Shown here piece after piece: positions 19,197 to 27,831 of a stretch of DNA of 64,000 nucleotides. The position numbers and the translations under genes were made by a program. Source of the DNA: Parcubacteria group bacterium (lineage in GTDB: Bacteria > Patescibacteriota > Minisyncoccia > Phycocordibacterales > CSBR16-119); the NCBI GenBank assembly GCA_943356745.1, contig CALRFT010000003.1, positions 10,853-74,852 on the forward strand. Direction: 5' to 3'. Position 1 is the stretch's first letter; every line of letters starts with the position of its first letter. The notes beneath the pieces were generated by a model. The model did not search any database. It worked only from the letters and a program-made list of their open reading frames with translations, and had not been told where the DNA came from.

Positions 19197-19383
19197 TCAT
19201 ATAGTATCACAAGGCCTCAATAAAGGCTATATAAAATACTGTGAAAAACGACGCAACTGTTGAAAGGTTGGGTAACCCTTCATTTTCGTCATAAATAAAG
19301 ACGAAACAGCTTAAGCAATATTACATAAAAAATATAACATAACAAAAAAGATACTGTGTCAAACATGACCAGTATCTTTTTTG

Positions 19384-20160
19384 TTATGAAGCTATAGAGT
19401 ATCGACTCCAACGCTTCTCCCCTGTCTTTGAAAGTTTTCCTGTTTCAACAAGCTTAATCAGCATTCTTTGGATTGTTTTTTCACTTAATTCTGGAAACTC
19501 AAGTGAGACATCCCCCGCAGAAACCTCACCCTTTGTTTGAATAATTGAAATGATTTTTTCAAGTCTTTGATTGTTTGATTCCTGTCCTTTTTGAATGTCT
19601 TTTTGAAAGACTTCATCTGTCTTTTTGATTGTGTCTTTTTGGACAAATGGAACTGTGTTTTTTTCTGGTGCAGTTTTTTGAACTGGCTTTGGAGTAGGTT
19701 TGTTTTGAGTAATCGATTCCGGGAGAACAAACTCATGAATCGCCTTGTTATGGAAAGAAGAAGCAAGAAGAGATTGTGAATTAATCAAACCATATTTTTG
19801 ATTCAAGTCATCTCGAACAAATACAAGATATTCAGAGATAACCTTAAAGTTCATATCGGACACGAAACCAACAGACACACAAACTTTAAGGACATTAAGT
19901 ATTCTGTCGATGTAGTTTTGGGCTTCTGTTATTGTTTTCTTTGCCTGACTTGGAGATTCAATAGCAATTGAACCAACCAGAGCACTCAGTGAAACCGCGA
20001 GATTCCGAACATCTTTTCGAAGTGGATCTTCTTCGTCAATCAAGTCAGAAACAAGATACAAAGCTGTTACTATTTTTTGGGTTTTTGACTCAACCTCAAG
20101 CATTGTGTCTTTGAGTCCTCCATAAGTCTTTGAGAAATTATATGAGTTATTTGTGTCCAT
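19384..20160 (-). CDS. Hypothetical protein with C-terminal winged-helix (DeoR-like) domain
   Basis: Helical N-terminus, low-complexity linker, C-terminal SEKTIQRML..LV..G.L.K.GEKRWSRY; start set at ATG 20160. Confidence 0.75.
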   Translation of the reverse strand: MDTNNSYNFSKTYGGLKDTMLEVESKTQKIVTALYLVSDLIDEEDPLRKDVRNLAVSLSALVGSIAIESPSQAKKTITEAQNYIDRILNVLKVCVSVGFVSDMNFKVISEYLVFVRDDLNQKYGLINSQSLLASSFHNKAIHEFVLPESITQNKPTPKPVQKTAPEKNTVPFVQKDTIKKTDEVFQKDIQKGQESNNQRLEKIISIIQTKGEVSAGDVSLEFPELSEKTIQRMLIKLVETGKLSKTGEKRWSRYSIAS

Positions 20161-20274
20161 AAGTAGGTTTAGTATATCGGTCACAAGACGGTCTTGCAAG
20201 ACTACACAGAAAGAAAAAATATTGTGTGAATTTCCTTACAATTCAAGCTCTCTCCTGTGCTACAATACAGATAT

Positions 20275-22515
20275 ATGAGTAAAAGAAAAGTAAAAGAAAA
20301 ACAAGATATCCAAGATATCGATCAAGAACCAAAAGGTATTCAACTCAAGCAAGAAACAAAACACACTATTCTTTCAATAGTTTTCTTTGTTTTAGGTCTC
20401 TTTTTTACAGCTGCTATGTTTGGTATGGCGGATGTTGCGGGAGATAAAATGTATAAACTATTCTCAAAGATTTTTGGGGTTGGATATTTCCTTCTCCCTC
20501 TTGTACTTTTCTTTTTGGGAATATCTTTCTTTAAACTCAAAAAACCTAATGTTGGACTCTCTCATAGTCTCAGCGCCTTTACCTTTCTTTTCTCAAGTCT
20601 AGGAATTATCTTTATGATCGCCGGAGAACAAAAAGCTGGATATTTTGGATATGTCTTTGGGTGGCCAGCAAAAGAATTTTTTGGAATCTATTTCGGTATT
20701 GTCCTTTTGTTTGCTTTTGACCTTATTGCACTTCTTGTCCTTTTTGATAAAAGACCATCTGTAAGTAGTATGAAAGCATGGCTTCTTTCACTCTTTAACA
20801 AGAAACCACAAGAAGCAGTAGCTGATGACTTCGAAGAAGAACAAATACCAGAACCTATTGTAAACGCTCCACAAGAAGAACCTGAGGAAGAGGAAGTTCA
20901 ACCAACACCACGAAAAGGTTTGTTTAGTAGAAAGGTTGAAGAACCTGAGGAAGAAGAAGACGTGCCTGTACGAGCATTTGTTCCACTGGGAGAATATAAG
21001 ACACCTCCTCTCTCACTTCTTGAAAGAGATAAGGGACGAGTAAGTGTTGGAGACACAAAATCAAACTCTGTCCTTATAAAAAGGACATTACAAAACTTCG
21101 GTATCCCTGTCGAGATGGACGAAATCACTATCGGACCAACCGTTACTCGTTATGCACTCAAGCCAGCGCAAGGTGTCCGATTGTCACGAATCACGGCTTT
21201 GCAAAATGAAATAGCTCTTGCTCTCGCCGCCCCGTCTGTTCGTATCGAAGCTCCGATTCCTGGAAAGTCTCTTGTAGGAATCGAGATTCCAAACCAGACA
21301 AAATCAACACTGGGACTTGGAACACTTCTCGAGGACAAGGCATTTTCTGGAAATTCAAAACCGCTTACAGTTGGACTTGGAAAAGACATCTCAGGAAAAC
21401 CAAACTTCCAAAGTATCGCAAAAATGCCTCACCTTTTGATCGCAGGAACAACTGGTTCCGGAAAGTCCGTAACAGCTCATGCAATCATTACATCACTTCT
21501 TTACAGACATGGCCCAGAGGAACTTCGATTCATTATGGTTGACCCAAAGCGAGTTGAGCTCACACTCTATAACTCAATCCCCCATCTTTTGACTCCAGTG
21601 ATCACTGAACCAAAGAAAGCGATTCTCTCACTCAAATGGGCAGTCAAAGAAATGGAACGGCGGTACGACTTCCTTCAACAACAAACTGTTCGAGATATTA
21701 GTTCGTACCATGAAAAACGAAGAGAGATGATTAAAGAGTTTGGAGAAGATTCTGAAGAAGCGCAAGAACTTGAAACAATGCCTTATATTGTTGTTATCAT
21801 CGACGAACTTGCAGACATCATGAGTACCTACCCACGGGAACTTGAAGCTGGAATTGTACGCCTCGCTCAAATGTCACGAGCTGTTGGAATCCACCTCATT
21901 CTCTCAACACAGCGTCCTGACTCAAATGTTATTACAGGACTCATCAAGGCAAACATTCCAGCCCGAATCGCTCTTAAGGTATCAAGTCAGATAAACTCAC
22001 GAATTATCATCGACGACACAGGAGCAGAAAAACTTCTCGGTGCAGGAGACATGCTCTACTCTTCTGGAGAAAAAGCACCAGAACGACTCCAGTGTCCGTT
22101 TGTAACAGAAAAAGAAGTAAAGGAGGTTGTGAAGTTCATCAAGAATAATTGTGATATTCTTCCAGACGAAATAAACCTCAGCAGCAACGAAAATCTTTCT
22201 GGAATTGGAAGTAATACAATATTCGGACAATCTCTCGAAGATAGTGACAATGGTGACGATGATGATTTATATGAAGAAGCAAGACAGGTTGTGATTGAGT
22301 CACGAAAAGCAAGTACATCATTCCTACAAAGAAAACTGAAAATTGGATACTCTCGAGCAGCAAGAATCATCGACATACTTGAAGAGCGAGGAGTAATCAG
22401 TGGACAAAATGGATCCAAGGCACGAGAAGTTTTGGAAGAATCACCAAATGGTGGTGGAGCCTATAACTATAGTGAGGATGACACGAATGAATATCCTGAA
22501 GACAAGAGATTTTAA
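20275..22515 (+). CDS. ftsK: DNA translocase FtsK/SpoIIIE
   Basis: N-terminal TMs; MPHLLIAGTTGSGKS, IIDELAD, STQRP; gamma domain STSFLQRKLKIGYSRAAR. Confidence 0.97.
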   Translation: MSKRKVKEKQDIQDIDQEPKGIQLKQETKHTILSIVFFVLGLFFTAAMFGMADVAGDKMYKLFSKIFGVGYFLLPLVLFFLGISFFKLKKPNVGLSHSLSAFTFLFSSLGIIFMIAGEQKAGYFGYVFGWPAKEFFGIYFGIVLLFAFDLIALLVLFDKRPSVSSMKAWLLSLFNKKPQEAVADDFEEEQIPEPIVNAPQEEPEEEEVQPTPRKGLFSRKVEEPEEEEDVPVRAFVPLGEYKTPPLSLLERDKGRVSVGDTKSNSVLIKRTLQNFGIPVEMDEITIGPTVTRYALKPAQGVRLSRITALQNEIALALAAPSVRIEAPIPGKSLVGIEIPNQTKSTLGLGTLLEDKAFSGNSKPLTVGLGKDISGKPNFQSIAKMPHLLIAGTTGSGKSVTAHAIITSLLYRHGPEELRFIMVDPKRVELTLYNSIPHLLTPVITEPKKAILSLKWAVKEMERRYDFLQQQTVRDISSYHEKRREMIKEFGEDSEEAQELETMPYIVVIIDELADIMSTYPRELEAGIVRLAQMSRAVGIHLILSTQRPDSNVITGLIKANIPARIALKVSSQINSRIIIDDTGAEKLLGAGDMLYSSGEKAPERLQCPFVTEKEVKEVVKFIKNNCDILPDEINLSSNENLSGIGSNTIFGQSLEDSDNGDDDDLYEEARQVVIESRKASTSFLQRKLKIGYSRAARIIDILEERGVISGQNGSKAREVLEESPNGGGAYNYSEDDTNEYPEDKRF

Positions 22516-22520
22516 TTGAT

Positions 22521-23021
22521 ATGGAATATAAAAAATCTTTTAAGTATCTTGTCCGAACTGGACTCATCATCTTACTATTTTTATTCATAATCATATACGC
22601 ACGCAGTCGAACCTCATTTCTTTCTCAAGGTGTTTCCCTGTCAGTTGAGAATCTCGAAGATGGACAAAAATTTTCTTCGAGAGTTCTCAATCTTGAAGGC
22701 ACAGCAAAACGAGCAGTGATGCTGACTATCAATAATCGAGAAGTTCTCATTGATGAAAATGGAGATTTTAAGGATACACTTATCCTCTACCCCGGTCTCA
22801 ATATTCTTACGATTGAGGCGCAGGATAAGTTCGAAAACTACAAACAGTTACGCTACAGTGTTTGGAATACAAGTGAAACAAATGTGACTCACCTGAAAGA
22901 AAACTTTGAAGCACACATATACCAAGAAGAAATTGAGGAGTTAGAAAACATTGAAACATCCACGCAAGATGACACACGCATTGAAACAGAAGAATTAACA
23001 CAAGAAGAAATTACAAACTAG
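22521..23021 (+). CDS. Membrane-anchored hypothetical protein with Ig-like domain
   Basis: N-terminal TM; LEG...LTINN.....DENGDF...L.L.PG.N...IEAQDKFEN pattern; acidic tail. Confidence 0.7.
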   Translation: MEYKKSFKYLVRTGLIILLFLFIIIYARSRTSFLSQGVSLSVENLEDGQKFSSRVLNLEGTAKRAVMLTINNREVLIDENGDFKDTLILYPGLNILTIEAQDKFENYKQLRYSVWNTSETNVTHLKENFEAHIYQEEIEELENIETSTQDDTRIETEELTQEEITN

Positions 23022-23032
23022 TTACTATATAT

Positions 23033-24088
23033 ATGGCTATCAAAAAGAAAACAGCAAAAGCTTCTTCATCAAGCGATGAAATCAAAAGTGGAAAAACAAG
23101 TCTTGAAGAAACTCTCAAGTCTATCCAAACAAAGTTTGGAGAAGGAGCAATTATGAAGCTCGGTGAACAACCAAAGGTGGATATTGGAGCAATTCCAACA
23201 GGATCAATCGGGCTTGATGCAGCGCTTGGAATCGGTGGACTTCCACGAGGACGAGTAGTTGAAATCTATGGACCAGAAAGTTCAGGAAAAACAACACTAA
23301 CGCTTCATATTATCGCCGAAGCACAAAAGGCTGGTGGAATCTGTGCGTTTATCGACGCAGAACATGCAATGGATCCAATTTATGCAAAGGCTCTTGGAGT
23401 AAAAACTGATGAACTTCTTATTTCTCAACCTGATACAGGAGAACAAGCACTTGAGATTACAGAAAGTCTTGTACGAAGTGGAAATATTGATGTAATCGTA
23501 ATCGACTCTGTAGCAGCGCTCACTCCAAAAGATGAAATTGAAGGTGATATGGGATCACACCAGGTTGGAAAACAAGCAAGACTTATGAGTCAAGCACTTC
23601 GAAAGCTTACTGCGCTCACTTCAAAATCAAAAACAATGATTATCTTCATCAACCAGATTCGTATGAAGATTGGAGTGATGTTTGGATCTCCAGAAACAAC
23701 AACGGGAGGAAATGCTCTTAAATTCTATTCTTCTGTTCGTCTTGATATCCGAAAGATTGCTCAAATTAAGAAAGGTGAAGATGTTGTTGGTTCTCGAACA
23801 CGAGTAAAAGTGGTAAAGAACAAGGTTGCATCTCCATTTAAACAAACTGAGTTTGATATTATCTACGGAGAAGGAATCTCACTCGAAGGAGAAATGCTTG
23901 CACTTGGAGAATCGATGGGAATTGTTAAGAAATCAGGCGCAATGTATTCATATCTTGCGGAAGGAAAAGAGGAAGTAAAACTTGGACGAGGATATGACGC
24001 AACAAGACAATTCTTGAAAGAATCTGAAAACAAAAAAGTTCGTGATGAAATCTTGAAGGCGATTACAAAAAAATTGAAGGATATTTAA
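23033..24088 (+). CDS. recA: Recombinase RecA
   Basis: [36 protein letters not shown]. Confidence 0.99.
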   Translation: MAIKKKTAKASSSSDEIKSGKTSLEETLKSIQTKFGEGAIMKLGEQPKVDIGAIPTGSIGLDAALGIGGLPRGRVVEIYGPESSGKTTLTLHIIAEAQKAGGICAFIDAEHAMDPIYAKALGVKTDELLISQPDTGEQALEITESLVRSGNIDVIVIDSVAALTPKDEIEGDMGSHQVGKQARLMSQALRKLTALTSKSKTMIIFINQIRMKIGVMFGSPETTTGGNALKFYSSVRLDIRKIAQIKKGEDVVGSRTRVKVVKNKVASPFKQTEFDIIYGEGISLEGEMLALGESMGIVKKSGAMYSYLAEGKEEVKLGRGYDATRQFLKESENKKVRDEILKAITKKLKDI

Positions 24089-24130
24089 AAACAAAAAGCG
24101 GGACGCCAAAGGCGTCCCGCTTTTTGTTTT
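24088..24130. terminator. Bidirectional terminator between convergent recA and efp
   Basis: AAAACAAAAAGCGGGACGCC-AAA-GGCGTCCCGCTTTTTGTTTT. Confidence 0.85.
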
Positions 24131-24719
24131 ATTCATCAAACATTCCTTCTTTATATCGTTCGATATATTCCCCTGTTCCAGTGTTTACCACAATCTTTTC
24201 TCCAGCTTCGATGAAGAACGGAGTAAGGACTGTTGCTCCTGTTGAAATAACTACAGGCTTTCCACTTCCAGAAACAGTGTTTCCTTTGATGTTTGGTGGA
24301 GCTTCTTTTACTTCATACACATCTTTGATTGGAAGTTCCAAATCAAAGATTGTATCTTCTTTAAAGACTCGTGCAGAATAGACACGATTTGCAAGCATGA
24401 ACTTTGTTTTATCCCCCACAACATCGAGAGAGATGGTGAATCGTTCTTTTGGATCTTTTGGATTACAAAACCAAAGTTCTGCGCCTTTTTGATATAAATA
24501 TTTTACCTCTTTTTTTGCAACTTCTGCTTCATTTACCTTTTCAGATTGGTGAAATGAATGCTCGATAGTTCGTCCACTAATCAAATTTCTGAGAGTTGTT
24601 TGATTAACTGGCTTTCGTTGTTGTTTTCGAAAAATATGAGAGTCGATAACCTCCCACGGTTCTTCGTCAAATACGATAACTGTTTTTGGTTTTATTTCGT
24701 TATATTCAAGCATACGCAT
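24129..24719 (-). CDS. efp: Elongation factor P
   Basis: LRNLISG, KGNT....KP....TG....P.FIE.GE.I.VNT.TG.Y..R. Confidence 0.92.
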   Translation of the reverse strand: MRMLEYNEIKPKTVIVFDEEPWEVIDSHIFRKQQRKPVNQTTLRNLISGRTIEHSFHQSEKVNEAEVAKKEVKYLYQKGAELWFCNPKDPKERFTISLDVVGDKTKFMLANRVYSARVFKEDTIFDLELPIKDVYEVKEAPPNIKGNTVSGSGKPVVISTGATVLTPFFIEAGEKIVVNTGTGEYIERYKEGMFDE

Positions 24720-24784
24720 CTACTCTATAGCATTTCAACAAAAAAGAAAAGCCCCAAGATTGGGGCTTTTCTGTTCCTCTATCT

Positions 24785-24979
24785 TTATTTTGCAACGAAT
24801 GGAAGAAGTCCCATAAATCGTGCTCGTTTGATAGCTTCTGCTACATGTCGTTGATGTTTTGCAGAAAGTTGTGTTCGTCGTCGTGGCATGATTTTACCAG
24901 ATGGACTCACAAACATTCGCAAGATTTCAAGATCTTTGTAGTCGATGTGTTTGATATTATTTTGAGTAAAGTAATCCAT
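24785..24979 (-). CDS. rpsR: 30S ribosomal protein bS18
   Basis: [16 protein letters not shown]....[13 protein letters not shown]. Confidence 0.96.
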   Translation of the reverse strand: MDYFTQNNIKHIDYKDLEILRMFVSPSGKIMPRRRTQLSAKHQRHVAEAIKRARFMGLLPFVAK

Positions 24980-24999
24980 AATACTAATGTAATTAATTA

Positions 25000-25461
25000 T
25001 TAGAATGGAATATCTTCAGGGTTGATATCCTCTTCAGGATAATCAACAGAATCAATCATTGGTGGTTCTTGTTCTTCTGATCCACCTGCGTTATTTGAAG
25101 AAGAAACCGGAGAAGGTGCTGCACCAGGTGCTCCACCCGTTCTTGGACCAAATTGGAATTTCTCAGCAAGAATTTCTGTTCGGTATTGTTTCTTTCCATC
25201 TTGATCCCAACTTCTGGTTTGAAGTCGTCCTTCAACATAGATTGAACTTCCCTTTTTCATATACTGAGCAATTGTTTCTGCTTGTTTACCAAACGAAACA
25301 ATGTTGTGGTAATCTGTCGCTTCTTGTTTTTGTCGATTTTGGTCATACCAAACTCGATTTGTAGCAACAGAGAAACTCACAACCTTAACTCCAGATGGCA
25401 ATGATTTGAGTTCTGGATCCCGTGTAAGATTTCCGATAATTGTAGCGCGATTTAGATACAT
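25000..25461 (-). CDS. ssb: Single-stranded DNA-binding protein
   Basis: [21 protein letters not shown]-terminal DIPF. Confidence 0.98.
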   Translation of the reverse strand: MYLNRATIIGNLTRDPELKSLPSGVKVVSFSVATNRVWYDQNRQKQEATDYHNIVSFGKQAETIAQYMKKGSSIYVEGRLQTRSWDQDGKKQYRTEILAEKFQFGPRTGGAPGAAPSPVSSSNNAGGSEEQEPPMIDSVDYPEEDINPEDIPF

Positions 25462-25537
25462 ATTTGAGACACTATTAGTAAATAATGATTCTATTGTACC
25501 CTATCTTTGCTTGTTGACACAAATAGAGATTTCTATT

Positions 25538-26017
25538 TTAGTCGTTTGTTTCAACAGTAGCTGTTTCTTCAACAAGCTTGTCGATTTCTTGGTCTACAAC
25601 CTCTTCATCAATCGGAGCCGCTACAACTTCTTCTTTTACAATTGAAGTTGATCGAGCTGATTTTGGTGAAAGAAGTGCAGCTACACTTTTCTTTGCAGAA
25701 AGAGTATTTTCTCGAACAGTTGTTACGATAAGGTATCGTAGTAGTGACTTGTTCAAATCAAGTGCCTTTTTAATCTTTGCTACAGAATCAGATTCTGCTT
25801 CAAATTTTACCCACCCAAAGTATGCTTGGTCAAATCGAACGTTTTTTGTATCAATTCGCTTTGTCATTTCATATTGAAGGTTGATAAGTGATGGATATTC
25901 ATCTCCAATCACCTTTGCTTCTACGCCAGCAAGAGTTTCTTTCAATTTTGAAACTTCTGGAGCAAGAGCATCTTCTCCCACAGTTGGAAGAACGAGGTAA
26001 CTTACTTCGTAAATCAT
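25538..26017 (-). CDS. rpsF: 30S ribosomal protein bS6 with acidic tail
   Basis: YE...L..P, LQYEM.K, LLRYLIV; rpsF-ssb-rpsR order; start set at ATG 26017. Confidence 0.92.
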   Translation of the reverse strand: MIYEVSYLVLPTVGEDALAPEVSKLKETLAGVEAKVIGDEYPSLINLQYEMTKRIDTKNVRFDQAYFGWVKFEAESDSVAKIKKALDLNKSLLRYLIVTTVRENTLSAKKSVAALLSPKSARSTSIVKEEVVAAPIDEEVVDQEIDKLVEETATVETND

Positions 26018-26051
26018 AGTGATATTTTTGTTAGTAATAAATTGGTCCGAA

Positions 26052-26196
26052 AACAAAAAACGGACGAAGTCCGTCCGTTTTTTGTTACAAGAAGACGCAA
26101 AAGCGCCTGGTACCTATTCACGGACTATGCGTATCCTCATGGATACGAAATAGGTACTACGAGCTGTATACTACCAGAATAGTTCTCGTCTGGCAA
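26052..26196 (-). promoter_or_regulatory. Promoter plus structured leader with terminator/antiterminator upstream of rpsF (candidate S6:S18 leader)
   Basis: TTGCCA-N17-TAGTAT (26196-26168); stem GTACCTATT/AATAGGTAC enclosing a hairpin and an unpaired AGTCCGT; terminator at 26052-26086. Confidence 0.7.
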
Positions 26197-26204
26197 GAAA
26201 AAGA

Positions 26205-26229
26205 AAGACCGCGACTTCGTCGCGGTCTT
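26205..26229 (-). terminator. GC-rich hairpin after the 210-aa hypothetical gene
   Basis: AAGACCGCGAC-TTC-GTCGCGGTCTT. Confidence 0.7.
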
Positions 26230-26258
26230 AAGTTCTAAGAACTAATTTTTAAGAAATA

Positions 26259-26891
26259 CTAAGATCCTGAAACCTCAGCACTCTTCTTGCGAACACACCC
26301 GAAAAACCAGTAGCCACCCCAGCCATTGTCATTCCGATAGATATGCACCTTGCGCTTACCATCCCAACGGCCGAAACACGCGTAGCAAACTTTACCATTC
26401 TTGTCTCGCCACTGAGTGGCATTTGGAATAGTGTCAGCAAGTGCAGGGTCTGCTTCGTTGAGAGCACACAGTGTGATTGGATCAACAAGCACGAAGCCTG
26501 CTTTGTCGACCTCTTGTTCAAGAGCGTCGACTGAAAGCTGTTGTTTGAAAGGAATGAGATAGAGGTCTACCTCTTCACCTTCTCCTATCGGCATCACCTT
26601 CACAACAGTATTTTCTGTGTACTGTGTGCAACCTGTGGCATCGATAGCTTGTTGTGGAGATCGACTTCGGTTCACCTTTACCTTGCGGATGATGAAATTT
26701 GAGATAGCTTCAACACGTGTACGGAACACTTGAAAGTGTTCTTCAGCAAGCTCGGATTGTCCGAGAACTGTTTGTACAGCTTCCGAATTGAATTCTCCTG
26801 CGTGCTTTTCAAGCAAAGCTCGGTAGTTTGCAACAGCTTTGTCAATCTGGCCTTTGGTCATTTTTTTGATTTCTGATGGGGTCATTTTCAT
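26259..26891 (-). CDS. Hypothetical protein (210 aa) with W/G/D/N-rich C-terminus
   Basis: Intact ORF followed by a hairpin; no recognisable enzyme motif. Confidence 0.8.
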   Translation of the reverse strand: MKMTPSEIKKMTKGQIDKAVANYRALLEKHAGEFNSEAVQTVLGQSELAEEHFQVFRTRVEAISNFIIRKVKVNRSRSPQQAIDATGCTQYTENTVVKVMPIGEGEEVDLYLIPFKQQLSVDALEQEVDKAGFVLVDPITLCALNEADPALADTIPNATQWRDKNGKVCYACFGRWDGKRKVHIYRNDNGWGGYWFFGCVRKKSAEVSGS

Positions 26892-27023
26892 GGCGTCATC
26901 TGTTTGTTTTTAAATAACTATACCCGCTTTGTTTGAATACAAAACCTCGTAGTTTGATATTATATTGTCATGATATATATAATTTGTCAATATATTCAAA
27001 AGCGAAGCCGGAGGCTTCGCTTT

Positions 27024-27827
27024 TTAGTTTGGTATCCCAAACACTCGTTTTCGATTTTCTGCAAAAACTGTTTGAACCTCCTCGAGAGAAAGACCTTTCA
27101 GCTCTGCAATTTTTTTGTATACTTCTTCCACCATATACGGTTCACATCGTTTTCCTCTGTGAGATTTTGGTGCCACAAACGGTGCGTCTGTTTCTGCCAT
27201 CATCATATCAAGCGGAACATGTCTCACCACTTCATCATAGTCACTTGTGATTGTAATCACTCCAGTAAAAGAAACTGTAAATCCAATCTCAAGAAATCTG
27301 TCCGCAATTTCTTTAGTTCCTACGAAAAAGTGTGAGTTACCTTTGAGTTTTGGATTTTCTTTTTTGTATTCTTCCAAAATTTCAAGTGTTTCAAGATATG
27401 CATCATATGAGTTTTGACTCGGACGAATATGCAACATGAGCGGAAGATCAAGATACAAGGCAAGTTCGATTTGTTGTTTGAATACTTCTTTTTGCGTATC
27501 CTTTCCCACATGGTCATTTGGGTCGATTCTGAAATAATCGAGTCCACACTCACCAATCGCAACAACTTTTGGATTCATCGCAATATCTTTGTAAAACTCA
27601 GTATCAAATTCTTCTTCGGTTACATTATCAGGATGAAGCCCAACACAGGCGAAAATATGTTCATGTTCACCTGCTAGACTTTTTGCTTTTTCTGAGGTTG
27701 CCTTATCTACCCCAACACAGATAGTTCCAATACTCTTTTCTTTATGGGATTCAATCACCACATTCAAATCGCCATCGAAAGAATCGAGGTTGAAGTGGCT
27801 ATGAATATCAAAAAAGTTGTATTTCAT
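27024..27827 (-). CDS. tatD: TatD family hydrolase
   Basis: DIHSH, GLHP, IGECGLDY, ETDAPF; follows metG; start set at ATG 27827. Confidence 0.95.
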   Translation of the reverse strand: MKYNFFDIHSHFNLDSFDGDLNVVIESHKEKSIGTICVGVDKATSEKAKSLAGEHEHIFACVGLHPDNVTEEEFDTEFYKDIAMNPKVVAIGECGLDYFRIDPNDHVGKDTQKEVFKQQIELALYLDLPLMLHIRPSQNSYDAYLETLEILEEYKKENPKLKGNSHFFVGTKEIADRFLEIGFTVSFTGVITITSDYDEVVRHVPLDMMMAETDAPFVAPKSHRGKRCEPYMVEEVYKKIAELKGLSLEEVQTVFAENRKRVFGIPN

Positions 27828-27831
27828 ATTA

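Noticed and set aside
18842-19204. ORFs 18842-19069 (-) and 18854-19204 (+) across the surface-gene leader
   Set aside because: Non-ATG starts, no recognisable motifs, and the region is better explained by dense RNA stems.
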